A stretch of DNA of 32,000 nucleotides from Caedibacter taeniospiralis (GTDB lineage: Bacteria; Pseudomonadota; Gammaproteobacteria; Francisellales; Francisellaceae), in the NCBI RefSeq assembly GCF_002803295.2, contig NZ_PGGB02000014.1, positions 4,196-36,195 on the forward strand. The letters run 5' to 3'. The notes under the pieces were generated by a model. That model saw only the letters and a program-made list of their open reading frames with translations, was not told the origin of the DNA and did no database searches. Shown piece after piece: positions 9,581 through 20,011 of this stretch. Every line of letters begins with the position of its first letter. Position 1 is the stretch's first letter. The position numbers and the translations under genes are program-made.

Positions 9581-9735
9581 GTCATTAACTATTGTTTTTT
9601 AAGCGCTGTTCCCATCACCGTCTTGTCATATTGTTGTACAGACACTCCTCGCATAATCTTGTCCAAAAGCTCTTCAGAGAACCCGGGCAATATAATTCAA
9701 ATGAAAAAATCATCGTGTACAGAGAATGGTAATAC

Positions 9736-11046
9736 TTAATGCTTACCTTTTTGCAAATTCACCCACTCGGCAATCGCATAAATCGGGGTGCCTAAGAAAA
9801 ACAAAATCATGCCATAGTAGACAACTTCTTGCCCAGAGCCGAGTATTGTCCAGAATGAATACGCACAAGCTAAAACGGCAATGATAATACCCGCCTGCCA
9901 GAATGGGCTGTTTTTATCCTGCTGCTTGATGACGAGAATACATGAGATTGTTGTATAAAAATAGGGAATAAGGGCTGCCAGTACTGCCATGAGAATAATC
10001 AGTTCAAACTGCGCAACGAGATCTCGTGAGGTTGTCAATAATAATAGAATTGTCATGAGCACAGCTCCCAGAATGAGTCCAAACACAGGGGAGCCAAGCT
10101 TGTTCTCCTGGGCAAAAATTTTTGGGAAAAGCTGGGTCTCTGCCATCGCTTTTGAAACCGCAGCACTAACCATAACCCAACCATTTAGCGTTCCAAGACA
10201 AGCAATTACCGCCGCAACAGCAATGATAATTGCCCCATTCTTGCCAATCATTTCCTGCGCTGCCAGAGCAAATGGGGCGTTGGAGTTTTCTAAGCTTGCT
10301 GCTGGAAGCATGCCCATAATCACTGCTGAGCTTGCAATATAAATAAAGGCTGCAATTAAAGTTCCCGTTAAGGTTGCAAGCGGAATGGTTTTTTGCGGAT
10401 TTTTGACCTTGCTGACGGAAACCGTTGCGGCTTCAAGACCTATGAATGCCCATAATGTTAAAGAAGCGGCTGCACTAAGTGCATGCAGATTGGATGATCC
10501 AGAATGGTTAAAATCAAGATAATATTGTGGCTCTATGTACCATATTCCTGCAACGATGATAAACAGAAGAGGAATGCTCTTTCCGATCATGGACAACATC
10601 TGTAACCAGCCAACACTTCGGACTCCGAGCATATTGAAGAAGGTTAATAGCCAGATAATGCCAATGGCAGCGATTGAAGTGAGGGTTTTATCTTCCAGAA
10701 TCGGGAAGAAAAAGCTTAAATAGCCAACCATTGCCAAGGCAATGGCGCAATTTCCGACCCAAAGTGAAACCCAATAACCAAAACCGCTTTGGAAGCCCAT
10801 AAACTTACCCATGCCCACTCGAACATAGATATAAGGACCACCATCCATTTTGGGCACAAGACGAGTGAAATGACTAAACACTAGCGCCAGAAGGATCGAC
10901 CCTATTGCCGTAAAAATCCACGCCAAAATACTGATGGAGCCAAATTTTGCCAAACCTGAAGGCAATAAAAAGATTCCTGATCCCACCATATTTCCAGACA
11001 CCAGTGCAACGAGCATCCAGAAGCTCATATATTTTTTTTCCTGCAT
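9736..11046 (-). CDS. APC superfamily amino acid permease/antiporter (AdiC-like)
   Basis: 436 aa: MSFWMLVALVSGNMVGSGIFLLPSGLAKFG...DGGPYIYVRVGMGKFMGFQSGFGYWVSLWVGN. Confidence 0.88.
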   Translation of the reverse strand: MQEKKYMSFWMLVALVSGNMVGSGIFLLPSGLAKFGSISILAWIFTAIGSILLALVFSHFTRLVPKMDGGPYIYVRVGMGKFMGFQSGFGYWVSLWVGNCAIALAMVGYLSFFFPILEDKTLTSIAAIGIIWLLTFFNMLGVRSVGWLQMLSMIGKSIPLLFIIVAGIWYIEPQYYLDFNHSGSSNLHALSAAASLTLWAFIGLEAATVSVSKVKNPQKTIPLATLTGTLIAAFIYIASSAVIMGMLPAASLENSNAPFALAAQEMIGKNGAIIIAVAAVIACLGTLNGWVMVSAAVSKAMAETQLFPKIFAQENKLGSPVFGLILGAVLMTILLLLTTSRDLVAQFELIILMAVLAALIPYFYTTISCILVIKQQDKNSPFWQAGIIIAVLACAYSFWTILGSGQEVVYYGMILFFLGTPIYAIAEWVNLQKGKH

Positions 11047-11096
11047 AACCTTTCAACTTCCCAATGATATTGTGGGCTTGTGCAAATAATTCGCCC

Positions 11097-11144
11097 AAGC
11101 GTGTCGGTGTGAGTAATCAGTGTCACACTGCAACTCACACTTAG
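11097..11144. repeat. Intergenic palindromic repeat, copy 2
   Basis: AAGCGTGTCGGTGTGAGTAATCAGTGTCACACTGCAACTCACACTTAG; same outer arms as 2247-2298. Confidence 0.7.
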
Positions 11145-11180
11145 TAATGGGCGGGGAACCCTGTCAAAATCACCAAGCAT

Positions 11181-11214
11181 AAAAAAGGGCGTACTTTCAA
11201 AAAGTACACCCCTT
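11181..11214 (-). terminator. Rho-independent terminator downstream of rplT
   Basis: Minus-strand reading AAGGGGTGTACTTTTTGAAAGTACGCCCTTTTTT: GC-containing stem followed by a T run, just after the rplT stop. Confidence 0.7.
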
Positions 11215-11238
11215 AAATTCACTCAGTAACAGCTATCA

Positions 11239-11598
11239 CTAGGCAGCTAAGGCTTGTTTGGCTTTTTCAACTAATTGCGCAAACGCATCTTTGTTGAATA
11301 CCGCTAACTCAGCCAATACTTTACGATCAAGCTCAATGTTTGCTTTCTTTAAGCCATTGATAAATTGGCTGTAGCTTAAATCATGCTGACGTGCGGCTGC
11401 ATTAATACGCACAATCCAAAGCGCTCTGAATTGTCTTTTTCTTTGCTTGCGATCACGATAAGCATACTGCCCCGCTTTGATCACGGCCTGTTTAGCTACG
11501 CGATATACACGCGAGCGCGCACCATAATAACCTTTGGCCTGGTTTAAAATCTTTTTATGACGACGGCGTGCTTGCACACCTCTTTTTACTCTAGGCAT
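11239..11598 (-). CDS. rplT: 50S ribosomal protein L20
   Basis: 119 aa: [55 protein letters not shown]. Confidence 0.98.
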   Translation of the reverse strand: MPRVKRGVQARRRHKKILNQAKGYYGARSRVYRVAKQAVIKAGQYAYRDRKQRKRQFRALWIVRINAAARQHDLSYSQFINGLKKANIELDRKVLAELAVFNKDAFAQLVEKAKQALAA

Positions 11599-11630
11599 AA
11601 TCTACTCCACTTTAAAAAATTATTAACACT

Positions 11631-11828
11631 TTATGCGTACGGCATTTGCTGAAGCAAACTTGGCACGTCTACTTTGGCGACTTGAGACATCCCACGCAAG
11701 TGGCGCTTACGCTTGGTTGTCATCTTCGTGTTAATGTGAGCACGGTTAGCTGAGCGATGTTTGAAACCACCCTTACCCGTTCTTTTAAAGCGCTTAGCAG
11801 CACCTCGGTTTGTTTTTATTTTTGGCAT
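11631..11828 (-). CDS. rpmI: 50S ribosomal protein L35
   Basis: 65 aa: [46 protein letters not shown]. Confidence 0.97.
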   Translation of the reverse strand: MPKIKTNRGAAKRFKRTGKGGFKHRSANRAHINTKMTTKRKRHLRGMSQVAKVDVPSLLQQMPYA

Positions 11829-11885
11829 AATATACTCCGCATTTTACCATTTTTATGACACGACCAAGCTTGCACTTGTCACGTG

Positions 11886-12407
11886 CTATTTTTTCTTAGG
11901 TCCTAAAACCATAACCATCTGGCGACCTTCCATTTTCGGTCGGTGCTCAACCACGCCGTAAGACTCCAGATCCGCTTCCAATCGCTTCAGCATTTCGACG
12001 CCTAGCTCCTGGTGCGCCATCTCGCGCCCTCTAAAACGAACGGTGATCTTGACTTTATCGCCACCTTCAAGAAACTTTATCAGGTTGCGTAGTTTTACCT
12101 GATAGTCCCCAACATCAGTACCAGGTCGAATTTTAATTTCTTTAACCTGCATCTGCTTTTGCTTTTTTTTCGCAGCGGCTTTTTTCTTGCCTTGTTCAAA
12201 CAAGAATTTACCATAATCCATGATACGGCACACAGGAGGGGCTGCTTGTGAAGCAATCTCAACCAGATCCATGCCATGTTCTTCTGCTTTTGCTAGTGCC
12301 TCTCTAGTGGAAACGACACCAATCTGCTCTCCTTCAGGTCCGACCAGACGAACCTCTTTCGCCTTAATACTCTCGTTAATTGGCGTTTTTTGGTCTGCTT
12401 TGTTAAT
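11886..12407 (-). CDS. infC: Translation initiation factor IF-3, ATT start codon
   Basis: The track ORF starts internally at 12272. The same frame continues upstream to ATT at 12407 (reads [67 protein letters not shown]), preceded by AGGAG. 173 aa. Confidence 0.95.
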   Translation of the reverse strand: MNKADQKTPINESIKAKEVRLVGPEGEQIGVVSTREALAKAEEHGMDLVEIASQAAPPVCRIMDYGKFLFEQGKKKAAAKKKQKQMQVKEIKIRPGTDVGDYQVKLRNLIKFLEGGDKVKITVRFRGREMAHQELGVEMLKRLEADLESYGVVEHRPKMEGRQMVMVLGPKKK

Positions 12408-12429
12408 AACTCAAACTCCTAATTTAGGT

Positions 12430-14340
12430 TCACTCGACCTTTTTCTCAATTTCTGCCAACAAAAGTTCAGTAAGCGCATCAATATTTAACGCGCCTAGAT
12501 CGGTACCATCTTGCTTTCTGACGGTGATTTGACCTAAAGACTGCTCTTTTTCTCCAGCAATTACGATAAATGGCACTCTGGACAAAGTGTGCTCGCGGAT
12601 TTTAAACCCAATTTTTTCATTTCTCAAGTCAATTTGTGTGCGAACACCAAGTTTTCTTAAGTTTCGTTCAACTTCTTGCAAATACTGATCCTGTTTATTG
12701 CTGATCCCTGTCAGCACAACTTGCACAGGAGCAAGCCATACAGGTAACTTCCCCGCATAATGCTCAATCAAGATGCCAATAAAACGCTCAAGAGATCCAC
12801 ATATCGCTCGATGCAACATCACGGGATGCTTTTTGCTTCCATCTTCATCAACATACTCAGCATTTAAACGAACTGGCATAGAAAAATCTAGCTGTACTGA
12901 ACCTGTTGTCCATGAACGACTCAAACAGTCTTTGATCTCAAATTCAATTTTAGGTCCATAAAATGCACCTTCCCCAGGCATAACCTTCCAATCAAGTCCT
13001 TTGGCATCAAGCGCGTCAGCAAGGGCTTTTTCTGCCTTTTCCCAAACTTCATCGGCACCAATTCTTTTTTCAGGACGCGTGGACAGTTTAACAGCAATAT
13101 CAGTTAAGCCAAATCTGGTATAGACTTCAAAAAGCATGTCAATAAAGTGCATGACTTCGGACTGGATTTGCGATTCCATACAAAAGATGTGAGCATCGTC
13201 TTGAACGAAGTTCCTTGTGCGCATAATGCCATGCAATGCTCCAGATGCCTCGTTTCGGTGACAAGAACCAAATTCGGCAAGTCTAAGTGGTAGATTGCGA
13301 TAGCTGGTAATCCCTTGCCTATAGATCTGCACATGACATGGACAATTCATTGGTTTTATCGCATATTGGCGATTGTCCACCTCTAAACTATACATGTCTT
13401 CATGAAATTTCTCCCAATGCCCTGACTTTTCCCATAAACTGCGATCAACAATTTGCGGAGTTTTAACCTCTTGGTACCCATATTTAACAAACATAGAACG
13501 CATGTACTGTTCAACGGTCTGCCAAATCACCCATCCTTTAGGATGCCAAAATACCATTCCAGGGGCTTCTTCCTGCAAATGAAATAGATCCATCGTCTTG
13601 CCAATCTTGCGATGATCCCGTTTTTCTGCTTCTTCCAGGCGTGTTAAATAGTCTTTAAGTTGTTTTTTATCTGCCCAGCAAGTTCCATAAATACGTGTCA
13701 ACATCTCATTTTTTGAATCACCGCGCCAATAGGCGCCAGCAACACGCATAAGCTTAAATGCTCTAAGGTGCGAGGTGTTTGGCACATGGGGTCCGCGACA
13801 TAAATCCGTAAAATCTCCTTGGCTATAAAGACTTAGGGTATCACTCTCTGGTAAATCTTTAATGATTTCAGCCTTATAGTTCTCACCGATCGCCTCAAAA
13901 TAAGTGATTGCATCGACACGAGATTTCACTGAGCGCTCAACCGGCTGAGCTAAATTAGCAAGTTCATACATACGCGCTTCAATTTTCTCTAAATCTTCAG
14001 GCGTGAACGCGCGCTCATATGAGAAATCATAAAAAAACCCATCTTCAATCACAGGACCAATAGTGACTTGCGCCTTTGGATAAAGCTGTTTTACCGCTTG
14101 CGCTAGTAAGTGCGCGCAAGAGTGGCGTAAAATTCCCAGACCTTTCGTATCTTTTGCCGTAATCAGGGTTAGGGTTGTATCGTCATTAATAACAAAACTT
14201 GTATCGACGTCCATTCCATTGACCACCCCTGCCAAGGTTGCTTTTGCTAACCCTGCACCAATATCAAGCGCAACGTTATAAACAGACACAGGTTTATCAA
14301 ACCCGCGCTTCGACCCATCTGGCAATGTAATTACAGGCAT
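12430..14340 (-). CDS. thrS: Threonine--tRNA ligase
   Basis: 636 aa: [24 protein letters not shown]...[16 protein letters not shown]...[13 protein letters not shown]; directly upstream of infC. Confidence 0.98.
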   Translation of the reverse strand: MPVITLPDGSKRGFDKPVSVYNVALDIGAGLAKATLAGVVNGMDVDTSFVINDDTTLTLITAKDTKGLGILRHSCAHLLAQAVKQLYPKAQVTIGPVIEDGFFYDFSYERAFTPEDLEKIEARMYELANLAQPVERSVKSRVDAITYFEAIGENYKAEIIKDLPESDTLSLYSQGDFTDLCRGPHVPNTSHLRAFKLMRVAGAYWRGDSKNEMLTRIYGTCWADKKQLKDYLTRLEEAEKRDHRKIGKTMDLFHLQEEAPGMVFWHPKGWVIWQTVEQYMRSMFVKYGYQEVKTPQIVDRSLWEKSGHWEKFHEDMYSLEVDNRQYAIKPMNCPCHVQIYRQGITSYRNLPLRLAEFGSCHRNEASGALHGIMRTRNFVQDDAHIFCMESQIQSEVMHFIDMLFEVYTRFGLTDIAVKLSTRPEKRIGADEVWEKAEKALADALDAKGLDWKVMPGEGAFYGPKIEFEIKDCLSRSWTTGSVQLDFSMPVRLNAEYVDEDGSKKHPVMLHRAICGSLERFIGILIEHYAGKLPVWLAPVQVVLTGISNKQDQYLQEVERNLRKLGVRTQIDLRNEKIGFKIREHTLSRVPFIVIAGEKEQSLGQITVRKQDGTDLGALNIDALTELLLAEIEKKVE

Positions 14341-14851
14341 TTTTTACTCCATTTTTGTTGTACGTGGTTTTTGGGCTTGCTTTCTTTACAGAAGCATATG
14401 TCAGGCTAGCGCAATATTCTCAAGGATTACTATCTTTACTGTCAAGCATTGTGATTGACGAAGCTTAAGAAAATAATAGCGAACGGAAGCTATTTGGGAT
14501 GATTCAACAAGGACTGCGTGAAGACATTCCGCAAGACTGGTATGTCAAAACGGTAATCTACTCCCTTAGCAAACAAGGGTATCGAACAAGCGCCAAGTTG
14601 ATGCTTAAAGAGCTCAACGAGTAAAAAAGATTGTGTAAGCAAAATTAAATATTTGCACAAACTCGCTTTAGATTTGTTTTTAGAATTCATCAAAAGCACC
14701 AATCAAGGTAGTACCGTCATGTTTGTCGGTATTATTCTAACATTAATTATTTGAGGGTATTTTTGAGGGTATTCAACATTTTTGTTTGCCTTTGAAACGT
14801 ACCTGTATCTATTGATTCTAAAAGGTTTTGATGGGGAGAATATCTTTGACT

Positions 14852-14945
14852 ATGGCGGAGAGAGGGGGATTCGAACCCCCGATGGAGTTTTTGGTCCCCA
14901 TACTCCCTTAGCAGGGGAGCGCCTTCAGCCTCTCGGCCATCTCTC
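14852..14945 (-). tRNA. tRNA-Ser, anticodon GCU
   Basis: Minus strand GGAGAGATGGCCGAGAGGCTGAAGGCGCTCCCCTGCTAAGGGAGTATGGGGACC...GGGGGTTCGAATCCCCCTCTCTCCGCCA: 7-bp acceptor stem, CTCCCCTGCTAAGGGAG anticodon arm, long variable arm, encoded CCA. Confidence 0.95.
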
Positions 14946-15024
14946 CGCGATACCGCAACAATTTATCGACTTAGCCTTTTGATGTCAAGCGCTTCATTAC
15001 CATATTTTTCAGGGCAAGCGTGCC

Positions 15025-15210
15025 TTATTCCGTATCGCCCAGTGAGTGCTCACCTTTTATGCGCACAAAGATTTCTTCTCGATGCACGGAGACATCTTTT
15101 GGGGCACTAATGCCTAGTCGAACCTGATTGCCTTTGACCCCTAAAACAGTCACTGTTACTTCATCCCCAATCATAACAGTCTCACCAATTTTTCTTGTTA
15201 AAATTAACAT
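15025..15210 (-). CDS. csrA: Carbon storage regulator CsrA/RsmA
   Basis: 61 aa: [48 protein letters not shown]; adjacent to tRNA-Ser, a common arrangement. Confidence 0.97.
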   Translation of the reverse strand: MLILTRKIGETVMIGDEVTVTVLGVKGNQVRLGISAPKDVSVHREEIFVRIKGEHSLGDTE

Positions 15211-15581
15211 CTTAAAGTTACTCCTTAATTATGTCGCTTTATCTTCGAAAGCTGCCTACATTTATATCAACTCCCCACATGGAACGGACATCCCAGACCT
15301 AAAATGCTTTTAGTCCTTGTCAGAAAGTATAGATGCAAAATACTCATCTGCATCAGAACGGCGTAATTCTATATAAAATAATAATTTTTACTAGTTTTTT
15401 ATGCACCAAATCTCTGTATACGAAGAAAAATAATGCTTCAAGCGGCAGTTAGTTTGCAATTTTTTCTTCGTGTACAGCGGCACCAAATTTGAAATTGGTT
15501 AATTCTGCCGCACTAGTGTTAGGGCTTTGCGGAAATTCTCATTATACTGAAACCATTGCAAGAAGGGGTATAGCGCTTAAG

Positions 15582-17672
15582 ATGTTTTTATTTTATAAGC
15601 TTAATAAGATTATCCATGGTTACTTAACTACCGAGCAGCGCACACTAGTTGCAGATGCTTTTTTGTTTGGTGCGGATGCCCATGAATTGCAAGTCAGAAG
15701 CTCTGGGGAGCCTTACTTTAGCCACCCTGTCGCGGTTGCTTGCGTGCTAGCAGGAATGCGACTTGATTGTGAGACAATTATTGCGGCACTCTTACATGAT
15801 ACCATTGAAGACACTGAGCTCAGTGCCGAAGATATAAGCCTGCGATACAGTGAAAAAACTGCACAGCTGGTTGAGGGAGTAACCAAGTTAAGCAAAATTG
15901 AAACGCACTCTAAGGCAGAGCTGCAAGCAGAGAATTTTCGTAAAATGATTTTGGCGATGGTGCAGGATATTCGCGTAATTTTAATCAAACTTGCGGATCG
16001 CTTGCATAATATGACAACCTTAGCCTCCTTACGCCCAGACAAGCGTCGTAGGATTGCCCTTGAAACTTTGGAAATTTATGCACCTATTGCGCATAGACTG
16101 GGAATGCACCACTTTAAAAACAGCTTCGAGGAGCTCGCGTTTGAAGCCATGTATCCTTACCGCTATAAGACATTGCGAACCAAAGTTTTACACGCACAAA
16201 AGCATCGTGATCGCTTGTTTCGTAAGATTTTAGAGCGCTTACAGCACCACTTGTCGGAGCTATTAGAAAGTGAAAACCTGGTATCAGGACGCAAAAAACG
16301 ACTGTATAGTATTTACCGCAAGATGCGCGATAAGGAAATGTCATTTTCCGAAATTATGGACATTTATGCGTATAAAGTCATCGCCTCAAATCGGCGTGAT
16401 TGTTATCTGATTTTGGGTGCCATCCATGAGATTTTTCGCCCGATCCCTGGTCGCTTTAAAGATTATATTGCAACTCCAAAAGCCAATGGATACCAGTCAT
16501 TACATACAACTGTATTTGGTCCTTATGGGGTACCTATTGAGGTGCAAATCAAGACAAAAATGATGGATGATACGGCCGAGAAGGGCGTTGCGGCACATTG
16601 GATTTACAAGGCAAAATCACTCAGCCATGCCAATGCTCAAAAATGGTTAGAAAAATTGTCTGATTTGCAACAAAATGTGTCAAAATCCACCGACTTTATC
16701 GAAAGTGTCAAATTAGACTTATTTCCTGATGAAGTTTATGTATTCACTCCCAATGGGGAAATTATTGAGCTGCCTAAGAATGCGACCTGTGTTGACTTTG
16801 CCTATCACATTCATACCGATATTGGCAATCACTGTATTGCCGCCAAGGTTAATCGTCGAATCACCCCACTTAATTACATGCTAACGCATGGTGACACCGT
16901 CGAAATCATCAACTCACCAAATGCCCATCCAAACCCAGCTTGGCTTGAGTTTATCAAAACTGCCCGAGCAAAACATGCGATAAAACATGCTTTGAAGCGT
17001 CACGAACATGACGAATTTATCCATGTTGGGCAGCAGATCTTAAATCAAGCATTATTAAAAAATCAATTAGAGTTTTTAAGTCTATCGCCACAGCTGATCC
17101 AACAAGCATTAATTGAGTTTAATTTCCCAAGCATTGCTGAGCTTTATGCCGCGATTGGGCAGGCAAATTTTTCAGCCAACACCTTGGTGAGATATGTTGA
17201 GCAATACGTGGAATCGGAATTAATTCATTCCCAAAATGCTCCGCGTAAGCTTGTGATTGATGAGAGTAATATGAATCAACTTGCCAGTTGTTGTACGCCA
17301 ATTCCTGATGATCCAACCACAGGCGTACTGGTGGCAGATAAGGGACTTGTCGTGCATAGAAGTCGATGTAAGGAATTATTGAAGCTTGAAAAATCACACG
17401 AGCTTATCGAAACACAATGGATCTTAGATGGCTCAGGATATTATCCTGCCAGACTTTTAATCAGTTTACAAAACGTCCATGGAGCTATTGCCAAAGTGAC
17501 CGCAAATATTTCACGCCATGAAGCGCAAATCGTAAGTTTTAGCATTTTAGAATCTGATGCACAATACGGTACTGTGCAGACGGTTATCGAAGTTAAGGAT
17601 CGAGTACATTTAGCGCGTGTAATTCGAGGACTTAAGCATCTGAAGATTTGCCTTAAAATTGAGAGGGTATAG
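15582..17672 (+). CDS. spoT: Bifunctional (p)ppGpp synthetase/hydrolase (SpoT/Rel)
   Basis: HD hydrolase motif HDTIEDT, synthetase motifs GRFKDYIATPKANGYQSLHTTVFGPYG and EVQIKTKMMDDTAEKGVAAHWIYK, TGS and ACT-like C-terminus. Track ORF opens at 15489; the internal ATG at 15582 (MFLFYKLNKIIHGYL) is the more likely start. Confidence 0.93.
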   Translation: MFLFYKLNKIIHGYLTTEQRTLVADAFLFGADAHELQVRSSGEPYFSHPVAVACVLAGMRLDCETIIAALLHDTIEDTELSAEDISLRYSEKTAQLVEGVTKLSKIETHSKAELQAENFRKMILAMVQDIRVILIKLADRLHNMTTLASLRPDKRRRIALETLEIYAPIAHRLGMHHFKNSFEELAFEAMYPYRYKTLRTKVLHAQKHRDRLFRKILERLQHHLSELLESENLVSGRKKRLYSIYRKMRDKEMSFSEIMDIYAYKVIASNRRDCYLILGAIHEIFRPIPGRFKDYIATPKANGYQSLHTTVFGPYGVPIEVQIKTKMMDDTAEKGVAAHWIYKAKSLSHANAQKWLEKLSDLQQNVSKSTDFIESVKLDLFPDEVYVFTPNGEIIELPKNATCVDFAYHIHTDIGNHCIAAKVNRRITPLNYMLTHGDTVEIINSPNAHPNPAWLEFIKTARAKHAIKHALKRHEHDEFIHVGQQILNQALLKNQLEFLSLSPQLIQQALIEFNFPSIAELYAAIGQANFSANTLVRYVEQYVESELIHSQNAPRKLVIDESNMNQLASCCTPIPDDPTTGVLVADKGLVVHRSRCKELLKLEKSHELIETQWILDGSGYYPARLLISLQNVHGAIAKVTANISRHEAQIVSFSILESDAQYGTVQTVIEVKDRVHLARVIRGLKHLKICLKIERV

Positions 17673-17765
17673 CGCATACACGAGAAGTTATCTCAAATTT
17701 AAATACTTCCTTTAAAGCAGTTTCTAGATAACCGCTCATCTTGCTATTTTGCTTCATTTTTTGCT

Positions 17766-19085
17766 TTATCTTCCAATAGAAATATACTCAATGCCAAGTT
17801 GCTGCATTCTTGCCTTGTCATATAGATTGCGACCATCGAAGATAATCGGCTTTGTCAAACGTGCGGTTATTGTGCTGAAATCGGGACTCCTAAAGCTTTG
17901 CCATTCGGTGACGATAAACAAGGCATCCGCACCGTAAAGCGCATGATAAGCTTCATCAACGAGCTCATAATCGTCGCGCTCGCCATATAGCTTAGCGAAG
18001 TTCTCCATGGCTTCAGGATCATAGGCTTTAACCTTAACACCATTTTTCCACAGCGTTTCAATGAGTGTGCGCGCAGATGCCTCACGAATGTCATCGGTAT
18101 TTGGCTTAAACGCAAGCCCCCAGACGGCCACTGTTTTTCCCTGGATCTCACCATTAAAGTAATCATTAAATTTGGTGAACAGCACCTCTTTTTGCGCATC
18201 ATTGACATCGTGTACGGCCTGCAAAATACGTGCATTATAACCGTATTCACGCGATGTCTGCCCAAGGGCTCGTACATCCTTTGGAAAACACGAGCCACCA
18301 TAACCACAACCTGCGTAAATAAAGTGATAGCCAATGCGTCTGTCCGCACCGATACCGATGCGCACTTTTTCAATATCCGCACCCACGCGCTCCGCGATTT
18401 GACTCATTTCATTCATAAAACTGATTTTGGTTGCGAGCATTGCATTGGCGACATATTTTGTCATTTCTGCAGATCTTACATCCATAATCATCAACCGATT
18501 CTGGTTAGGATCAAAAGGAGCATAAAGCTCACGCATCACATCGGCTGCGCGTTCAGAGTTTGCGCCAACTACGATACGATCTGGGTGCATACAATCACTA
18601 ATTGCATCACCTTCCTTTAAAAACTCAGGATTGGAGACTACATCAAACTCAAAATCAACGCCCCTAAGTTTTAGGGCGTTTGCAATGGTCTCCGTCACTT
18701 TATACTCGGTGCCAACCGGTACCGTTGATTTATTGACGATCACTTTATATTCATTCATATATTCGGCAACAGTCATGGCAACCTGTAACACATATTGCAG
18801 ATCTGCCGAGCCATCTTCGTCAGGTGGGGTGCCTACGGCAATAAATATCACTTGCGCATCCTTTATTGCCTGCCTTGGCTCAGTAGTGAAACTGATCCTG
18901 TCATTGGCAACATTCCGTTTTATCAGGTCATCTAATCCTGGTTCATAAATAGGCGAGATCCCTTGTTTAAGATTTTCTACCTTTTGCCTATCCACATCAA
19001 CACAACAAACATGATTTCCCATTGCGGCAAAACACGTCCCTGTCACAAGCCCTACGTAGCCTGTACCGAAAATCGCAATCTTCAT
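17766..19085 (-). CDS. ugd: UDP-glucose 6-dehydrogenase
   Basis: 439 aa: MKIAIFGTGYVGLVTGTCFAAMGNHVCCVDVD...FIYAGCGYGGSCFPKDVRAL. Confidence 0.96.
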   Translation of the reverse strand: MKIAIFGTGYVGLVTGTCFAAMGNHVCCVDVDRQKVENLKQGISPIYEPGLDDLIKRNVANDRISFTTEPRQAIKDAQVIFIAVGTPPDEDGSADLQYVLQVAMTVAEYMNEYKVIVNKSTVPVGTEYKVTETIANALKLRGVDFEFDVVSNPEFLKEGDAISDCMHPDRIVVGANSERAADVMRELYAPFDPNQNRLMIMDVRSAEMTKYVANAMLATKISFMNEMSQIAERVGADIEKVRIGIGADRRIGYHFIYAGCGYGGSCFPKDVRALGQTSREYGYNARILQAVHDVNDAQKEVLFTKFNDYFNGEIQGKTVAVWGLAFKPNTDDIREASARTLIETLWKNGVKVKAYDPEAMENFAKLYGERDDYELVDEAYHALYGADALFIVTEWQSFRSPDFSTITARLTKPIIFDGRNLYDKARMQQLGIEYISIGR

Positions 19086-19409
19086 AAAATCTCACTTTTA
19101 GCTGCTAAAACCACCGCCGATCATATCAGAAATAATGGGCAAATTCAGCGAATATTATTTTTAAACGCCAGAGCCTGTGGGCTTTTTTATGTTGTGTCGG
19201 TATAGGTAACATTTCCCTGTGCCAGCGCTTTTCATTGCATCACAAGGAATATGATCGACGCTGAATTCTTTATCTTTTTATGATTGATGAAACTAAAAGG
19301 TTTTGCTTTTTTTGTATATATGCGAGAAATTCATTAGTGAAGGATTATATTTTATGATATAAAAGCGCCCTGAATTAAGAACTAACTTATTAATGGAGGC
19401 TATATAACT

Positions 19410-19823
19410 ATGCTGACAGAAAAAGAACTGCTAAACATGCCCGAAGAAGCATATATGAATGACGAACAGTTGGCTTTTTTTAAGGATCTCCTACTTCAGC
19501 AAAAGCAAGAGTTAAACGAAGCCATTGAGGATGCCAAAAAGAGTCTGGCTGAGTCCGAACGCAACACCGATTTAAATGATGTTGCTACCTCGCAAGAGAT
19601 GCAACAAATCTACCTGCGTACTGTTGATCGCCAGAGCAAATTGCTGCGGAAAGTCAACGAGTCACTCAAACACATTGAAAATGGCGAATATGGTTATTGT
19701 GAGCTCACAGGAGAACCCATCGGCGTGCAACGCCTGCTAGCGCGTCCCACGGCGACTTTATCGGTACAGGCAAAAGAGATTCAAGAGCATCAGGAAAAAA
19801 CGCAAGGCATTATCAAAGCCTAA
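19410..19823 (+). CDS. dksA: RNA polymerase-binding transcription factor DksA
   Basis: 137 aa: ...LQQKQELNEAIEDAKKSLAESERNTDLNDVATSQEMQQIYLRTVDRQSKLLRKVNESLKHIENGEYGYCELTGEPIGVQRLLARPTATL. Confidence 0.92.
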   Translation: MLTEKELLNMPEEAYMNDEQLAFFKDLLLQQKQELNEAIEDAKKSLAESERNTDLNDVATSQEMQQIYLRTVDRQSKLLRKVNESLKHIENGEYGYCELTGEPIGVQRLLARPTATLSVQAKEIQEHQEKTQGIIKA

Positions 19824-19990
19824 TTTTTACCCTCTTTGGATGGGTGATCACCCTGATTGGCGATATGGTTTGGATTATCGCTGATCTTTTTGTATTTACT
19901 CCTTTCAATCTTATCATCAACGTACAAAGTAAAACGATACCCCACATACATTGAAATCGCTAACATAATCATAATCGTGATATACCACAT
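19820..19990 (-). CDS. Small membrane protein in the CydX position
   Basis: Begins MWYITIMIMLAISMYVGYRFTLYVDD. Single TM with the MWY start typical of CydX, located just downstream of the cydA/cydB relic. Overlaps the dksA stop by 4 bp. Homology to CydX is uncertain. Confidence 0.4.
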   Translation of the reverse strand: MWYITIMIMLAISMYVGYRFTLYVDDKIERSKYKKISDNPNHIANQGDHPSKEGKN

Positions 19991-20011
19991 TGCTTGTTCC
20001 TTCATATCTAA

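Noticed and set aside
9989-10342. 117-aa ORF antisense to the APC permease
   Set aside because: Fully inside a well-supported membrane transporter gene; serine/alanine-rich shadow composition.
11886-12272. 128-aa ORF as the full infC gene
   Set aside because: The conserved IF-3 N-terminus continues upstream in the same frame to an ATT start at 12407.
14782-14982. 66-aa ORF on the plus strand containing GGERGIRTPDGVFGPHTPLAGERLQPLGHLSA
   Set aside because: It is the antisense of the tRNA-Ser gene. The GERGIRTPD-type peptide is a classic tRNA shadow artefact.
17749-19205. Several plus-strand ORFs antisense to ugd (17749-17937, 17867-18382, 18192-18620, 18631-18948, 18963-19205)
   Set aside because: They overlap a full-length, clearly recognised ugd on the other strand and show no recognisable family motifs.
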